This document shows positions 51,201-61,787 of a stretch of 64,000 bases of DNA, piece after piece. The DNA is taken from positions 124,001-188,000 of the forward strand of contig NMRA01000308.1 in assembly GCA_002633005.1 (NCBI GenBank). Direction: 5' to 3'. Each line of letters begins with the position of its first letter. The stretch's first letter is position 1. This stretch comes from Phoronis australis (taxonomy: Eukaryota; Animalia; Phoronida). A program made the translations under genes and the position numbers. A model generated the notes under the pieces. It had not been told where the DNA came from and searched no databases. It was given only the letters and a program-made list of their open reading frames with translations.

Positions 51201-54200
51201 ATGGCCGGAGATAACGGCATAATGCGTCCACACACGTGGGCGCACAAAAAGGCAGTGTCATCGTTAACACTTGCTTATATTTTGCTCGAATAATCACCAA
51301 GTGAATTAAAAATAAGTTTTATGTCAATTGGCACATGTAAATTATCCCAAATTGTCACATTAAAAAACTCTTAGCGTGCAGGCAATGCATCAGCGCTACC
51401 TTGCAATTAGTTCGATGACAACAGCGTTACATACCATTTACTTTGATGTTCATTAACTACTGAAGCCAGTATAAAAGATTCAGTTAACTTCGCAGTTTAC
51501 GTTGACGTTTCGCTCAGACTGGAGTTAAGTCGGTATGAAAGGGCCTTACATTAAGCATTACGTTAAGCATGTTGTCAATTCAGTGCCAATATCACTGATT
51601 ATCAAAGTTTTTCTGTAATACAATTACATCTAAATGGCTAAAGAACTGGGATATGTTTTATCAAAGGACAAGCATACCAGTGTATTACAAACACAAACAA
51701 AACAAAATAAAAAACTAGCATAAATTGTCAGTGTTCATGAACCATTTTCATGAGGTGCATGCCAGAAAAGGCGTAAGGCACGAAGACTTAGGCAAGATTG
51801 GTTCTACAACTGTAAACAAAACGGGCCACAGAAGTATACAGCCTTAGTTATTGAGAACATCAAAACAAATCACCAACACAAACATGTCAATACAAACCAT
51901 TATAATATAAGGCTTGATCTCCCATGCTTCAGTATTTGTGTTGTCAATAATAACTGGAGTCCGACCACATTCGAAAGCCTTCTTCGCTGAAAATAATCAA
52001 AAGTATTGGCTTAATGTCACCAAATCGCATGAATTTATGAACAAGCACTTTTATTTTATTTTCGCTACTTAATATAAGTGCTAGCACAGGACCATGTTGA
52101 AAATGCTATTTATGCGATACGCACTACGGCAAGTCTTGTCCTGTTTAGTATACATTATGGCGTGTGTGTAGGGTTTCATTTAACCAAACTTTAACAAAAT
52201 TTAATAAAACATGAGAAATTGAAGCATGGTTAGTTGAGTTCCATCAAACAACAATATTTATAACAATGTAACAAACCCAAATGACAATTTTGGCAATTGC
52301 TTCTGTAACACGAACAACGCAGAAAGATGAAATGCGCCCATGACAGCAACGCAAACAGTGAGCTTCTAGGAGTGTTCATTAGAGTCAAAAACGGACATTA
52401 GGTGGCACAGAATATGTCATATCCATCCCAAAATGGACAGATGCTATCGCCATAACAGAAACTTTTTTGCCACATTTCAATAAAAACTGTCAAAGAACTC
52501 TGAAGATAAAGATGCAAATGTATTAACTAAAATTTCCACTAGGGGGTACGGCGGTAGTCAAAACCATCCAAAAGCTGTAGGTAGCTGTAGTCACATTTAT
52601 AATATAAAACTAATTCTTGCAAAATTTCTCCTTCAAAGGAGTGAGGAGATACAGCTGAAGAAGCTAAAAAGACAAAAATTGCCACCAGGAGGTGTCACAG
52701 TTGTCACATCTCTCCATAAATCAACGTTTTGTTATCAGGAACAAAAAATAAACTCAGACACTAAAAACAGCCACTAGGTGGTGCAAAAATACATCAAATC
52801 CATATGAAAATGGAAGACTATTGTCATCTTCTTTATAGAAATCTATTTGCCAAATTTCACGAAAATCCATCAATGAATTCCAAAAATACAAAGGCAAACA
52901 TAAACAACTAAAACTGACACTAGGGGGCACAGTGGTAGTCGAATAGGTGTGAAACAAGTCACAAAATATTTTCAGCACCGTAGGAACATGTCCGTCAAAT
53001 TTCACAAAGTTCCTACAAAAGGTTAAGGAGACACAACCGTAGACAGGAAAAAATGCTACTAGAGGGAGCCAAAGTGGTGGAACCCACCCAAATATTAATG
53101 TCAGTCGCGGCCTTCTCATCAGAAAAACAGTCAACTTACAAAACAATCCTGCAAGTAGTTTGACGGATAGCGACAAAGATGCCAAAAAATGGACTCAAAA
53201 CTGTTAAAAATCCCCACAGGGAGGCGCTTAATGTGTAAAATCTGTCCGAAAATGGAAAAGCATTGTCGTCACCTTAATAAATAAAAACATATCTGCCAAG
53301 TTTCACGAAAACCCACCAATCATCAGATTGGGCTGAAACTCGTCATCATCTGTTGTCAACTCCACAGGAACACCTCTGCCAAATTTCACAAAGTTCCTGC
53401 AAAGGGTTAAGGAGATACAGCCATGGACACAAAATGAAACAAAATCCCCACTAGAGGATGCTAGAGTAGTCGAACATGCCCAAAAATCAACAACAACTGC
53501 GGTCTTCTCATCAGAAACACATCTGCCAATCTCCATATCTGCCAATTTCCATAATCATCCTTCAAGCAGTCTGGCAGATAGAAAGGCGGATGCCAAAAAA
53601 CGGCCATGAAACTTTTAAAAAATGGCCAATAGGTGGCACAGAATCAAAAAAGACATGCGAAAATGTAAATGTGTAGTCACCTTCTTAATAGAAACCTATT
53701 AGCCAAATTTCATGAAAATCCATCCAAGAATTACGAAGATAAAGATGCAAACGTAAAAAAATAAAATTACCACTGGGGGGCACAGCAGTAGTCGGATAGG
53801 TGCAAAAGTCATTGTCATCTGTTGTTAGCTTCATAGAAAGACACCTGCCAAATCTCATCAAGATCCTGTGAGGGGTTTAAACGATACAGCTGCGGACGCC
53901 GGACTCCCAGACAGAGATGACAGCAATATGCACCCACATATAAATATGTGGGCGCATAAAAAATTATTTTAGTGATACTTTTAAATTAAGGGCACAAAAA
54001 TTTGTTCTAAGAGGAAATTCTCACAAAAGAACTTTTTTTCATTATGAAGCCTGTTCCATGGTTATGTATTTCTATCAAAATCAAGGAAATGGCTTCAAAA
54101 TTATCACAAATTCAGTGTTAAGATCAAAAGCACCAATCCACCAGTAGTCGGTGATTCTAGATGTCATAAATTAAATACCGACACCACAATAAAAATGGTT

Positions 54201-57200
54201 TCAACTGGTACCTTTTTCAGATGAGAAGTTACATGCCAATTGTCCTTTGTCTACTACAAGCAAACTAGTTAAATGAGGAATAGAGTTAGTTCCAGACATA
54301 GATGGAGCTTTACATCCTTACTTTATACTAGGCCAAAGAAAGTAGTAGTATTTGTTCTGATCTGTGGCTTTTTTGAAAATTGATGCAGTGATGTTGAACT
54401 TATATTTAGTTTCTTAAGCAAAGAGGCAAAGGTTTAAAAATGAGCCAGGCACAGACCAGAGCTAATTTTTTGGCCTGATAATGTCCATCATCACCAAAAT
54501 TTCAGTGCCAGAATTTAGAGAAGTTTTAGCAGTCGATGAAGCTTGCATAGAAAGCACTCTATCTAACAAATGACATCATCTGTCCAATTGATACAAAATA
54601 AGCCAGGTCTTGATGATCCAACCTCTTTTCTTATTCCACTCATGCGCTTGGCCAAGTTTGGAACCATCAAATATGTAAGCATCCCTCGTCATGAAAAAAT
54701 CATCAGTGGAAAGGATAACACCATGGCGTTTCAACATTCTGGAACAGAACAAGCAGTACTACTCACTTACAGTGTTCTCCATGACCTGTTTGAACAGGTC
54801 GCCGTGACTTGTTTGACGTTTGCCTCTGACCTGTTTAGATAGCACACGACACAACTGATCTTTTCATTTTTAACAAAAAAGTATCATTTATGTATTTTCT
54901 CTATGATATGCACGTGCTGCCCACTGTGGCTGTAAATGCAACCTATTGAGTGTGGAGAACACTGCTACATGGGCATTTCTGTGTTGACATCAGAATAAAA
55001 CTGTGCGGTATATAACAAGTCATCAATAAAGTACAAATAAAGATGTATTGAATCTACACAAAAGCATCATTTACTTAATTCCTTATGTTATAAATTCAGA
55101 AAAAACGAAAATGAAGATTTTTTGAAATTTATACTCATTTAATTTGGAGAGGTTGTTGTGAAATTGAATGACTGGCACTGACAAATGTTGGCTGAAATTC
55201 AAGTTGTTTTACTGTAACAGAAAAATTTCATCTTCAACTTGATATTATACCTGGCTAAAGTAGTTTTTCCACTTCCTGGACATCCCCTGAGGATGATCAA
55301 CAGTTTGGTACCCTCCTGCAACCAATGACCAACAGTCTTCTTCAAGGAAGCCATTCCTTTTTCCCAAGATGCACCATGACTTTGTCTTTTCTGAGATGAA
55401 AATTCTTGACGTTTCCCCGGCTGACTGACAGCAGGGGGCTTCTGAGCCCAGACTTTCATACTCGGATCATTCACTTCTAGCCCAACATTTGTATTTTCAC
55501 AAGGACCAGCTTGTCTTGAATGTGCATACATGTATGGATTTGCCAGAGGTGACTGACCAGAAGTTCCAGATATAGATTTGAAAACAGATTGCCAACTAGT
55601 ATTGAGAAGGTGAGTGGGATAAGAAGGTGACATTTTTGGCACAACGAATTCTTTCTCATGTTCAGCATGCCAAGACTGCATACTTCCTTGGAGTTTTTCT
55701 GTAAGAAATGAACTGTTCTCAACTGGTGTCACAGGAACGAATACAGGCGAATCAACAGACAGTGTTGAAGTCTGCCTATTGTTTCCTTTAGAGCTAAGAT
55801 AAAGAGGATTCTCACCGACTCCTGGAATTCGTTGCACCTGAGGTGGTCTATGAAACCTGACATCACTGGGACACTGGGTCCGTCCATGTACTGGCTGAAT
55901 AAATTCAACATGGCTTCTCCCCCTGCCGTCAATCATTTGGCTTTCCTTGCTCATCTTTTTACTGCTGCTTCCAGCATCCATAAAATTATGATAGGGTTCT
56001 TTGAATTTACTTTTAATCAGCTGCTCTCTATGAATAGCTGCACAGGAAGATTCCTCTAAACTGTCGCCATACCTTATAGTTTGCTGGAGAGGCTTCGATG
56101 AGGATTTTGCATCTCCTTCACAAAAATCATGAGGTATTTCTTTGTCAAAAGGAGGGCTAGGTTCGTAAGATTCATTGTTAAGATGTGACCAATTTTCTAC
56201 GGCAGGACTATCATCCGTAATCTCCATTTTAATAACATTAAACATTTCGACAAAACTCATATCACCTTTATTGCACAGAGTAGTGTTGTCAGACTCGTTA
56301 TCCTGAAGCCTGGATACTTCTGAGTTACGTTCACATTCTAGTTCCCGTTTGGATAAATTGTACATGTCCCTGAAGCTCAACTTGTCAGTTTCAGTTTGAC
56401 TGAAACCCTTCTCTTTCATCTGAAAATCACCAACGACTGGTAAAGAATCTCCAAAGCTCTGTTTATTGGACACTTCTTCTACAACACTCCCTGGATGTGA
56501 ATCTTCTGGAATTTCAATGCTAGCTCCAGACTGTAGAACGTTACCATGACCGGGTGTTGATGGACAAATGGATGAAGGTGTTGATAAGGTGGATGCAATG
56601 GAGAGTAGGTCAATCCCAGACGCTGTTTCTTTTCTATTCCACTCAGATCCAGCCAGAGTAAACAGAGTGTCCAGAGCATCATCAACTACAAAGAAACAAA
56701 CAGATCTAGGTTTATACCATTGCAACTTCTCCTCACAGGTGGGACAGGTTATTATTTTGAAAGACTTGTTTTGATTCCGAAGGGCCTCTAAGGAGATTTT
56801 ATATTTGGAATATCAGCCCTTTGGAGTGTAGACAAAATACACCGAAGGATCATCTACAGTTACAAACTCTGTTTTCTTGGTTCGATGCTCTGAAGCCTTT
56901 CAAGGACCATATACTCCGAAAGGTCGTTACTCAGAGCGCGACACCACACTACATTCAAAAGATCGCAAAAATCACTGATCCTTGGTAATTTTTGACAATC
57001 AAATTTTGAGTTGGGGAAAAAATCGTAGTCAGAAATGACAGTCACTCGATGCAATAAGAGTTTTCATTGAGACGACAGCTAGTCTACAAGTTTTCAAAAA
57101 ACGCAAATTCTGCACAACTATAGATAGGTTTTTAAAATGTTGTCATGTAGCCTACTAATCCTACTATACCCAGGTTGTAAACTGGCACGTAGGACGGGGG

Positions 57201-58755
57201 AGCTCCTATAGGCGCTTCACACGCCGGAAGCTTTTCAGCGAATTATGCCTTGCACTGACTAAAACATCAAAGTCACATTGTTATAAATACCTTTTGCTCA
57301 CAAAGGGACACCTTAGGAGGCCGTTGATGTATGTAATTCCTTCCAACTCGAACAAATACTCCCGTTATCAAACTTTTTCTTCGAGCAGTTCCTCGTTCAG
57401 TTCTCAAAATCTGTAACTCACCATTTTTAACACTGCGTGAGCCAGGTGGTATGACGGCATATCCCCTGGCGCGTAGTGTTAAAAATGGTGAGTTACCAAT
57501 TTGGGAACTGAACGAGGGACTGCTCGAAGAAAAAGTTTGATAACGGGAGTATTTGTTCGAGTTGGAAGGAATAAAATACATTGACGGCCTCCTAAGTTGT
57601 TGCTCTATGCACAAAAGGTAATTATAACAACCATGATGTAGCATTGATGTTTTAGTCAAAGCGAGGCATACTCTCGAGTTCCGAACACTCACATATATAC
57701 GATAATTCATTGCAGACTCTTTTTCCGGTTTATATGAAGCTTATTTGGGTGTCTAGGTTTATAAATTATAGAAGGTTTCTCCACTTCTCTACAATTATTA
57801 GGTCAAGGTGGGAGTTGGCTGTTTCTTACTCATTTCTCGAACGCAATTTTTTTTTGTTACTCAAAATTCCTCGGTACACACGGAAGGCACTTGTAATAAC
57901 ATGCACATGAAAAAGATTTTATTTGTTAAGTATACAACTGTACATTTCGGACTCCCAAGTATGTATTCTCATAAGTAGCAACAAACACATGGTATGTATA
58001 CCTCGTTGCCCAATGAAAAGTTGTAAGTTATAAGACTTGTCAGCTAAGTCATGCACCAGCCATGCCAGTTTGCTTCCATCGTGAACATTTTACATAAATA
58101 TGTAATCAGTATTATCATTATTTCAGTCTGTACTATTTTAAAAGTTCCACAAATTTGCCATATATACCATTGATTCCATTCTATACTATTTTTTATTGCA
58201 AATTTCCGGTCTATACTACTATTCTACTCTTCTAGTGGCAAAAATGTTGGGTCTATACTATTATTAGAAATCTTGAAAATTTCCATATTATTGCCGTCAT
58301 CTCTACAACTATTTGGAACTCAAGAGTAATTCGCCAAAAATCTTCCAGCGTATGAAGTGCCTATAGGAGCTTCACAGTCTCTACTGCGGAGGCAGTAGAG
58401 ACTGTAGTCACTGTCTAGTGGCTGACCTGCTGTTTAGTGCGAGGGCAAGTTGTATTTGAAATTTTGTTGGGGTCCTGTGGCCTAACCCTCTCCCCTTCTA
58501 ATTAGCATATTTCATAGATCAGCCACTATAAGCGTAGACTACTTTCTTAGCACAACACGTGCCTTTCCATTCCGATTCACTCAACACCATGTGAATCACG
58601 TCGGCTTCAATTTGGCCACTGAACATCTCCTGCAGCTGTTGAAACACGCGTTCTTGAACTTCCCCATCGTCTGGCATGCCGTGAACTTTTGACACATTTT
58701 TGGCTGCTTTTTCGGGACTCGTGTTTCGCGATCTCTGTGTCTTTTTCTTAGGCAT
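24246..58755 (-). CDS. N4BP2: NEDD4-binding protein 2 homologue (CUE, polynucleotide kinase P-loop, CUE, DUF1771, Smr), about 1674 aa, 15 exons
   Basis: Exons 5'->3': 58755-58563, 56685-55251, 54738-54623, 51986-51898, 49997-49921, 47918-45838, 45331-45203, 44715-44567, 42730-42612, 42446-42302, 28675-28550, 27295-27204, 26884-26784, 24871-24742, 24288-24246. Total 5025 nt, all phases consistent. Motifs: [69 protein letters not shown]. Confidence 0.93.
24742..24871 (-). CDS. N4BP2: N4BP2 exon 14, Smr ([25 protein letters not shown])
   Basis: ITGRG Smr motif. Confidence 0.93.
25084..26668. mobile_element. hAT-like non-autonomous element with 6-bp TSD
   Basis: TIR CAGGGCTTGGAAT / ATTCCAAGCCTTG; TSD CACGTT; same family as 48062-48519. 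Confidence 0.8.
26784..26884 (-). CDS. N4BP2: N4BP2 exon 13, Smr start ([16 protein letters not shown])
   Basis: LDLHG-like Smr motif. Confidence 0.92.
27204..27295 (-). CDS. N4BP2: N4BP2 exon 12, DUF1771 ([31 protein letters not shown])
   Basis: Manual translation. Confidence 0.92.
27499..27658. mobile_element. Small hAT-like MITE
   Basis: TIR CAGTGGCGGATTTAG / CTGGATCCGCCCCTG. Confidence 0.6.
28550..28675 (-). CDS. N4BP2: N4BP2 exon 11, DUF1771 ([33 protein letters not shown])
   Basis: Manual translation; cgcag/gtgag sites. Confidence 0.92.
28700..29589 (+). mobile_element. 3' remnant of a CR1/L2-clade LINE
   Basis: ORF2 C-terminal-like FRNPKTKLG / [13 protein letters not shown] / FKR, then a TGTA-rich 3'UTR and an (AAAT)n tail. 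Confidence 0.6.
29107..29343 (-). mobile_element. tRNA-derived SINE
   Basis: A box TGGCCTGGTTGA and B box GGTTCAAGTCC on -; A tail; 13-bp TSD TATTTTAGTTAAT at 29094-29106 and 29344-29356. Confidence 0.85.
30073..30165. repeat. Tandem repeat, about 26 bp x3-4
   Basis: GGGACACACCATGTTTGGGGCAGTA. Confidence 0.85.
31230..31373 (+). CDS. DNase I-like exon 1 (signal peptide + [16 protein letters not shown])
   Basis: Within ORF 31230-31415; gtagg donor. Confidence 0.9.
31230..40835 (+). CDS. DNase I-family protein with signal peptide, altered metal-site residues and acidic KEEL tail; 449 aa, 7 exons, nested in an N4BP2 intron
   Basis: Exons 31230-31373, 32447-32535, 35878-35970, 37492-37598, 38317-38584, 39086-39182, 40284-40835 (1350 nt, open frame). 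DNase I motifs: [79 protein letters not shown]. Confidence 0.93.
32447..32535 (+). CDS. DNase I-like exon 2 ([30 protein letters not shown])
   Basis: tgtag/gtgag sites. Confidence 0.92.
33006..34960. mobile_element. Kolobok-type non-autonomous element in DNase intron 2
   Basis: TTAA TSD; TIR GGTACGTGTATACAC / GTGTATCCACCTACC; decayed zinc-ribbon-like segment on - ([19 protein letters not shown], about 34380-34560). Confidence 0.75.
35878..35970 (+). CDS. DNase I-like exon 3 ([31 protein letters not shown])
   Basis: tccag/gtaag sites. Confidence 0.92.
37492..37598 (+). CDS. DNase I-like exon 4 ([35 protein letters not shown])
   Basis: tccag/gtaat sites. Confidence 0.9.
37986..38212. repeat. 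Minisatellite, 45 bp x5
   Basis: AATGGAGTGAAAGGAGTTCATTGATTGGTTCAATTGGAGAGATTC. Confidence 0.93.
38317..38584 (+). CDS. DNase I-like exon 5 ([10 protein letters not shown]...GDMGADCEY...NCAYDR)
   Basis: Within ORF 38274-38645; tgcag/gtgta sites. Confidence 0.94.
39086..39182 (+). CDS. DNase I-like exon 6 ([32 protein letters not shown])
   Basis: tttag/gtaag sites. Confidence 0.92.
39275..39690. repeat. Minisatellite, about 42-44 bp, 9-10 copies
   Basis: ACAAGATGTGCGCAGGCCACAGGGTCGGGCCCAGTACACAT. Confidence 0.95.
40284..40835 (+). CDS. DNase I-like exon 7 ([13 protein letters not shown] + acidic tail ...AKEEL*)
   Basis: Within ORF 40242-40835; candidate AATAAA at 41066-41071. Confidence 0.92.
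   Translation, partial: GLKLSHHFPVEVQIQMKDDKKTTEAKAKTSSGDHLRHQEKDQSQPVREKEKTADVKMSDKDYFIGKESDRAQEGVIKGETFMKQFDDKFLKEQEEIRKEMESGGGNSCGASDESSASKERSVEAEFVEEVSAEEAEKLAKEWSNMHPDLNEEESAQQEQEVAKGVDDQEASDKKADAPAKEEL
42004..42113. repeat. Tandem repeat, 22 bp x5
   Basis: TGTGCAAGACACATGATGGGAT. Confidence 0.93.
42302..42446 (-). CDS. N4BP2: N4BP2 exon 10 ([12 protein letters not shown]...EEQAEQE)
   Basis: Within ORF 42284-42496; tccag/gtatg sites. Confidence 0.85.
42612..42730 (-). CDS. N4BP2: N4BP2 exon 9, CUE domain ([26 protein letters not shown])
   Basis: FP motif; tacag/gtaag sites. Confidence 0.88.
44075..44545. repeat. Minisatellite, 21 bp, about 22 copies
   Basis: ACACTACGCCTTAATGAGATT. 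Confidence 0.97.
44567..44715 (-). CDS. N4BP2: N4BP2 exon 8 ([12 protein letters not shown]...[15 protein letters not shown])
   Basis: Within ORF 44546-44734; phases fit. Confidence 0.85.
45203..45331 (-). CDS. N4BP2: N4BP2 exon 7 ([27 protein letters not shown]...)
   Basis: Phase 1-1, within ORF 45081-45353. Confidence 0.8.
45838..47918 (-). CDS. N4BP2: N4BP2 large exon 6 (RNTHGVP...; low complexity plus CUE-like LQSCFPEV)
   Basis: ORF 45782-47878; ttttag/gtaag sites. Confidence 0.92.
48062..48519. mobile_element. hAT-like MITE with 6-bp TSD
   Basis: TIR CAGGGCTTGGA / TCCAAGCCCTG; TSD ATTAAA; GCGGAAA subterminal repeats. Confidence 0.82.
49516..49725. repeat. Degenerate tandem repeat, about 80 bp x2.5
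   Basis: AAAGCTGACAGAAGAACCAAAATTGTGTT recurs three times. Confidence 0.75.
49921..49997 (-). CDS. N4BP2: N4BP2 exon 5 ([26 protein letters not shown])
   Basis: EP.TPW motif of the N4BP2 kinase domain. Confidence 0.9.
50880..51250 (+). mobile_element. Same HINE-like family, 3' fragment
   Basis: Ends ATGCGTCCACACACGTGGGCGCACAAAAA. Confidence 0.6.
51898..51986 (-). CDS. N4BP2: N4BP2 exon 4 ([30 protein letters not shown])
   Basis: IIDNTN motif. Confidence 0.92.
52307..53963 (+). mobile_element. Helentron/HINE-like dispersed repeat (longest copy)
   Basis: Same ends (ATGCGCCC ... ATGCACCCACATATAAATATGTGGGCGCATAAAAA); many CCACTAGG(G/T)GG units. Confidence 0.6.
54623..54738 (-). CDS. N4BP2: N4BP2 exon 3 ([38 protein letters not shown])
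   Basis: Kinase-domain motifs; phases fit neighbouring exons. Confidence 0.92.
55251..56685 (-). CDS. N4BP2: N4BP2 exon 2, ends in P-loop [14 protein letters not shown]
   Basis: ORF 55199-56725; tgtag/gtata sites. Confidence 0.92.
57312..57596. mobile_element. Foldback MITE (near-perfect hairpin with about 130-bp arms)
   Basis: CTTAGGAGGCCGT...ACGGCCTCCTAAG; arms complementary over nearly their whole length. Confidence 0.85.
58563..58755 (-). CDS. N4BP2: N4BP2 first coding exon (MPKKK...VLSESEWK), GC donor
   Basis: N-terminal CUE-like segment; AAG|GCACGT donor gives the required phase 1. Confidence 0.85.
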
Positions 58756-58779
58756 TCTTTAGGTGTTATGTGCTGCAGC

Positions 58780-59450
58780 AATCGCCTTTCAAAGCATCAG
58801 CTGGAGCCAGATTCGCGAACAGTTTTTATATAACTTCCCCACACAACAAAACACAACACATGACCTTTTACCTCGGCCACAATGCGCAGTATCGTTCGCG
58901 CAATATTTTATGTTGTTGTGCCGATGGAATTTATTGGCTAATAAGAGCTTGGGAGTTTGTGTTAGAAGATGAGATATCATCATATTTCATACAATTCTTT
59001 CACAAAATTAAGAATTGTCCTGTTGTTTTACGTGCTGTTTTGTATTTTCAGCTTGTATTATCAAATTTTAAAAATAAATTTGCCTTATGAGTTTGTCTCT
59101 CAATAAACATGAAAAATTCGTGGTAGTAAATGCAGCCAATAGGAATGGTTGTTGCATTCCTTGCTAAAGCGACAATATTTCCCGCCGGTTGCTTCAAACT
59201 TCATTCAAGGCCCTTAAAAATCTCTTAATTGCAAGAAGACTGCTTTTGTAATTTATAACTGGTGAGTATTGATTTGAACACTTAAATTCCAAGGTGTCGA
59301 TGAATTGGTTGTTGACATTATTTGCACCGTTGATTGTTCGTAAATCGCCAAAACTTCGTTTGAGGATTACCAAATCCAAGTCCAAGATGGCTTCCCCCAT
59401 TCTGTCAGAGGAAACGTGATTTATCCGTTTGCGAAGTTTTGTAAGCGTTT
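58780..59450. promoter_or_regulatory. Probable N4BP2 promoter / 5' region
   Basis: CpG-richer stretch upstream of the ATG; inverted CCAAT (ATTGG, about 58933), GCCAAT (59135), YY1-like CAAGATGGC (59383). Confidence 0.35.
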
Positions 59451-61787
59451 ATATACTTTGTTTTCTCAGTTATTCTTGAAAAGTGACTACAGGTATGATA
59501 ATTGTAGCAGTTATTGAAATGTCCATCTTGCAGAACAAGCAAAAGTGGGCTTAAGTCAAGTTAATTAGTCAAATTAGTCCGTTCACTCCTAAGACTTATG
59601 GCTGCTCAGTCTAACTTCTGAGACTTAGCGCACAACTAATGTACAGTTTTGGAATGATGTGGGTAAAAGAAAAGATGAAGTAATAAGCAGTTGCCGAGAT
59701 TACCCGACCCGGGAATCAACCAGCAACCCTGATAAAACCACAGTCGTCCTTAGCTTCTGATTGTCCACAATATATACTCGGGAACCCAATGGTCGTCCGC
59801 CTAAGCATAAAACCGACTTGCTGTTGTACTCACCGAATTATTCCACTTCAAAGTTATGATCTGAATAGGATTCGATTTAACTCTCACAGATATACCGCAT
59901 TCATCGATTCGGAAGTTTTCTTTAATTTGTGCCGAGTTATTTCAAATGTGCACTACCTTCGGCAGCCATTTTATTGTGACACCTAAGGTCGTCATATGCT
60001 GCCCCCTTTTGTAAAAACTGAGAAACATGCAGAAAAGGGCCAACGAAGTAATGAAAATTGCAACAGCCTGTTTTTATTGACATAAACTCGATTTGAAGCT
60101 TTGATGTTGAGCTCTGCACTGTGGTTTCCAATAAAAGCCAATTGGACAACATTTCAATGCAGTTTAATGGTGAATGCGTGAGGCAAAAATGTTAAGAACC
60201 CAGCGTATCGCATTTGTCTGCGGATTTTTCCTTTGGCCTTCTAGATCCTACTAGTGCCTGGGACAAACAGATACATTGCATAAACAAACCCTGGATCATG
60301 TTTTGTGTCCCGTCGGAAGAAAATTTAAATTCGAAAACATCTTCTGAAAACGCACAAAAAAGTGTATTAGTAAAATCTACTGATTTTTAAGTGGTTTTAA
60401 AAAACAATCGGTAAACTCACCGATTTTTGTCTCATTACTTTGATACGTGTCTCTTCCGATAAGTTAGTACCTAACGTGCAGACGAGCACTCCAAATTGGA
60501 ACGCTAAGTCCCGCGTGGTTGCGCTGCACGCGAAACAAGATGGCGGACGACCTTTGGAGCCTGACGACAATAGGTAACCGGACTATACTAGACAGTATGA
60601 CACTCGGGACTTGGAATTTCAAGGGTGCTTCACTTCAGTCCTCTATATCAAAGACAAATCTCAACAAATTTACACAAAACAGGGATTCAACAAACCATGA
60701 ACAATTGTTCTTTCTCCTGATAGCATTTACAGCATCCTGCTCAAGTGAGTTCGCAACAAAATCACGATCAAAACACAAACATCTACCCAAAAAGCCGATG
60801 CACCCCAACCATTGTAGACAGGTCACGTGAGTCAGTTCAAAGTCAAGTGCAGAATTACCCGATGAGTAACCTTCCATGATGAACCGGCAATTGCCGTTAT
60901 CCATCGGTAACTCATTGGATAATTCCGTGCTTGACCTTGAGTGTCAGTTGTCTCCCAGCTGTTGCATGCACCAGTGCAGACATTAGATCTTAGATCAACA
61001 ATGTGAAATTTCAAAACCTAAGAAATTTTCATGCATCACTCCCTAGCTGTATTTTGGAGCGAGTCTTCATACAGCACCGAAATGCCAAGAAATGGGACAT
61101 GTTGAATTTTGCTAGCCAACCAACAAGCTCTGTAGGACTGAACATGAAAACACAGCCAGCAACCGGTGTGAATAAAAGTTTGGCTTTCTTTTTCAAGTAG
61201 TTGAAACTCAATGTAATGTTGTCTGGTGGAATAATAAAATTCATACCAAAATGTTTAGTTCTCAGCTGCCCATATTTATTTGTAACTATGGCATTCAAGT
61301 TACTCCTACAGAATCTGATGAACATCACACTGCACTCCGGCTTTTGTAACTTAACATATTCTCACGTCGACCTAAAACAATGCTTGTGACGCACACATGT
61401 ATTTGGATCACTTTTTGTTTTTGTGTAGAGACATGTATCTGGAAATGACACCACCTTCGTGGAAATACACTTTGCTCAGAATTGCATGTTACTGGTAATT
61501 TGTTGCTCGACTTTCATATGTTCCCTCAAAAATACGAGTGACCACATATTTGCCACAAATGTTCCCAGATTTGAGCTTGTAAAAAGTAGCGACCACAAAA
61601 AAAAATTAAAAAGCGACGATGGTGCACGAGTGAGGTATTTTTTTGTCATATTTTACTTTTTCCACACATTTCCAAGTGTTCACTTGCTTATAAATGTCTA
61701 ACCCAGACATACAACAAATTGAAAATGATTTTTCAAGGCTTGATACTATTTTATTGGTTGTAAAGCCTTCAAGTCAAGTATCACCTA

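Noticed and set aside
54770-54930. Exon-like segment with ag/gtaagt flanks on - strand
   Set aside because: No N4BP2 similarity; the true exon 3 is 54738-54623.
60000-61460. Region with AAGATGGCGG and ORF 60519-60830
   Set aside because: No recognisable domain and no clear TIR/TSD pair; likely a decayed transposon that I could not classify.
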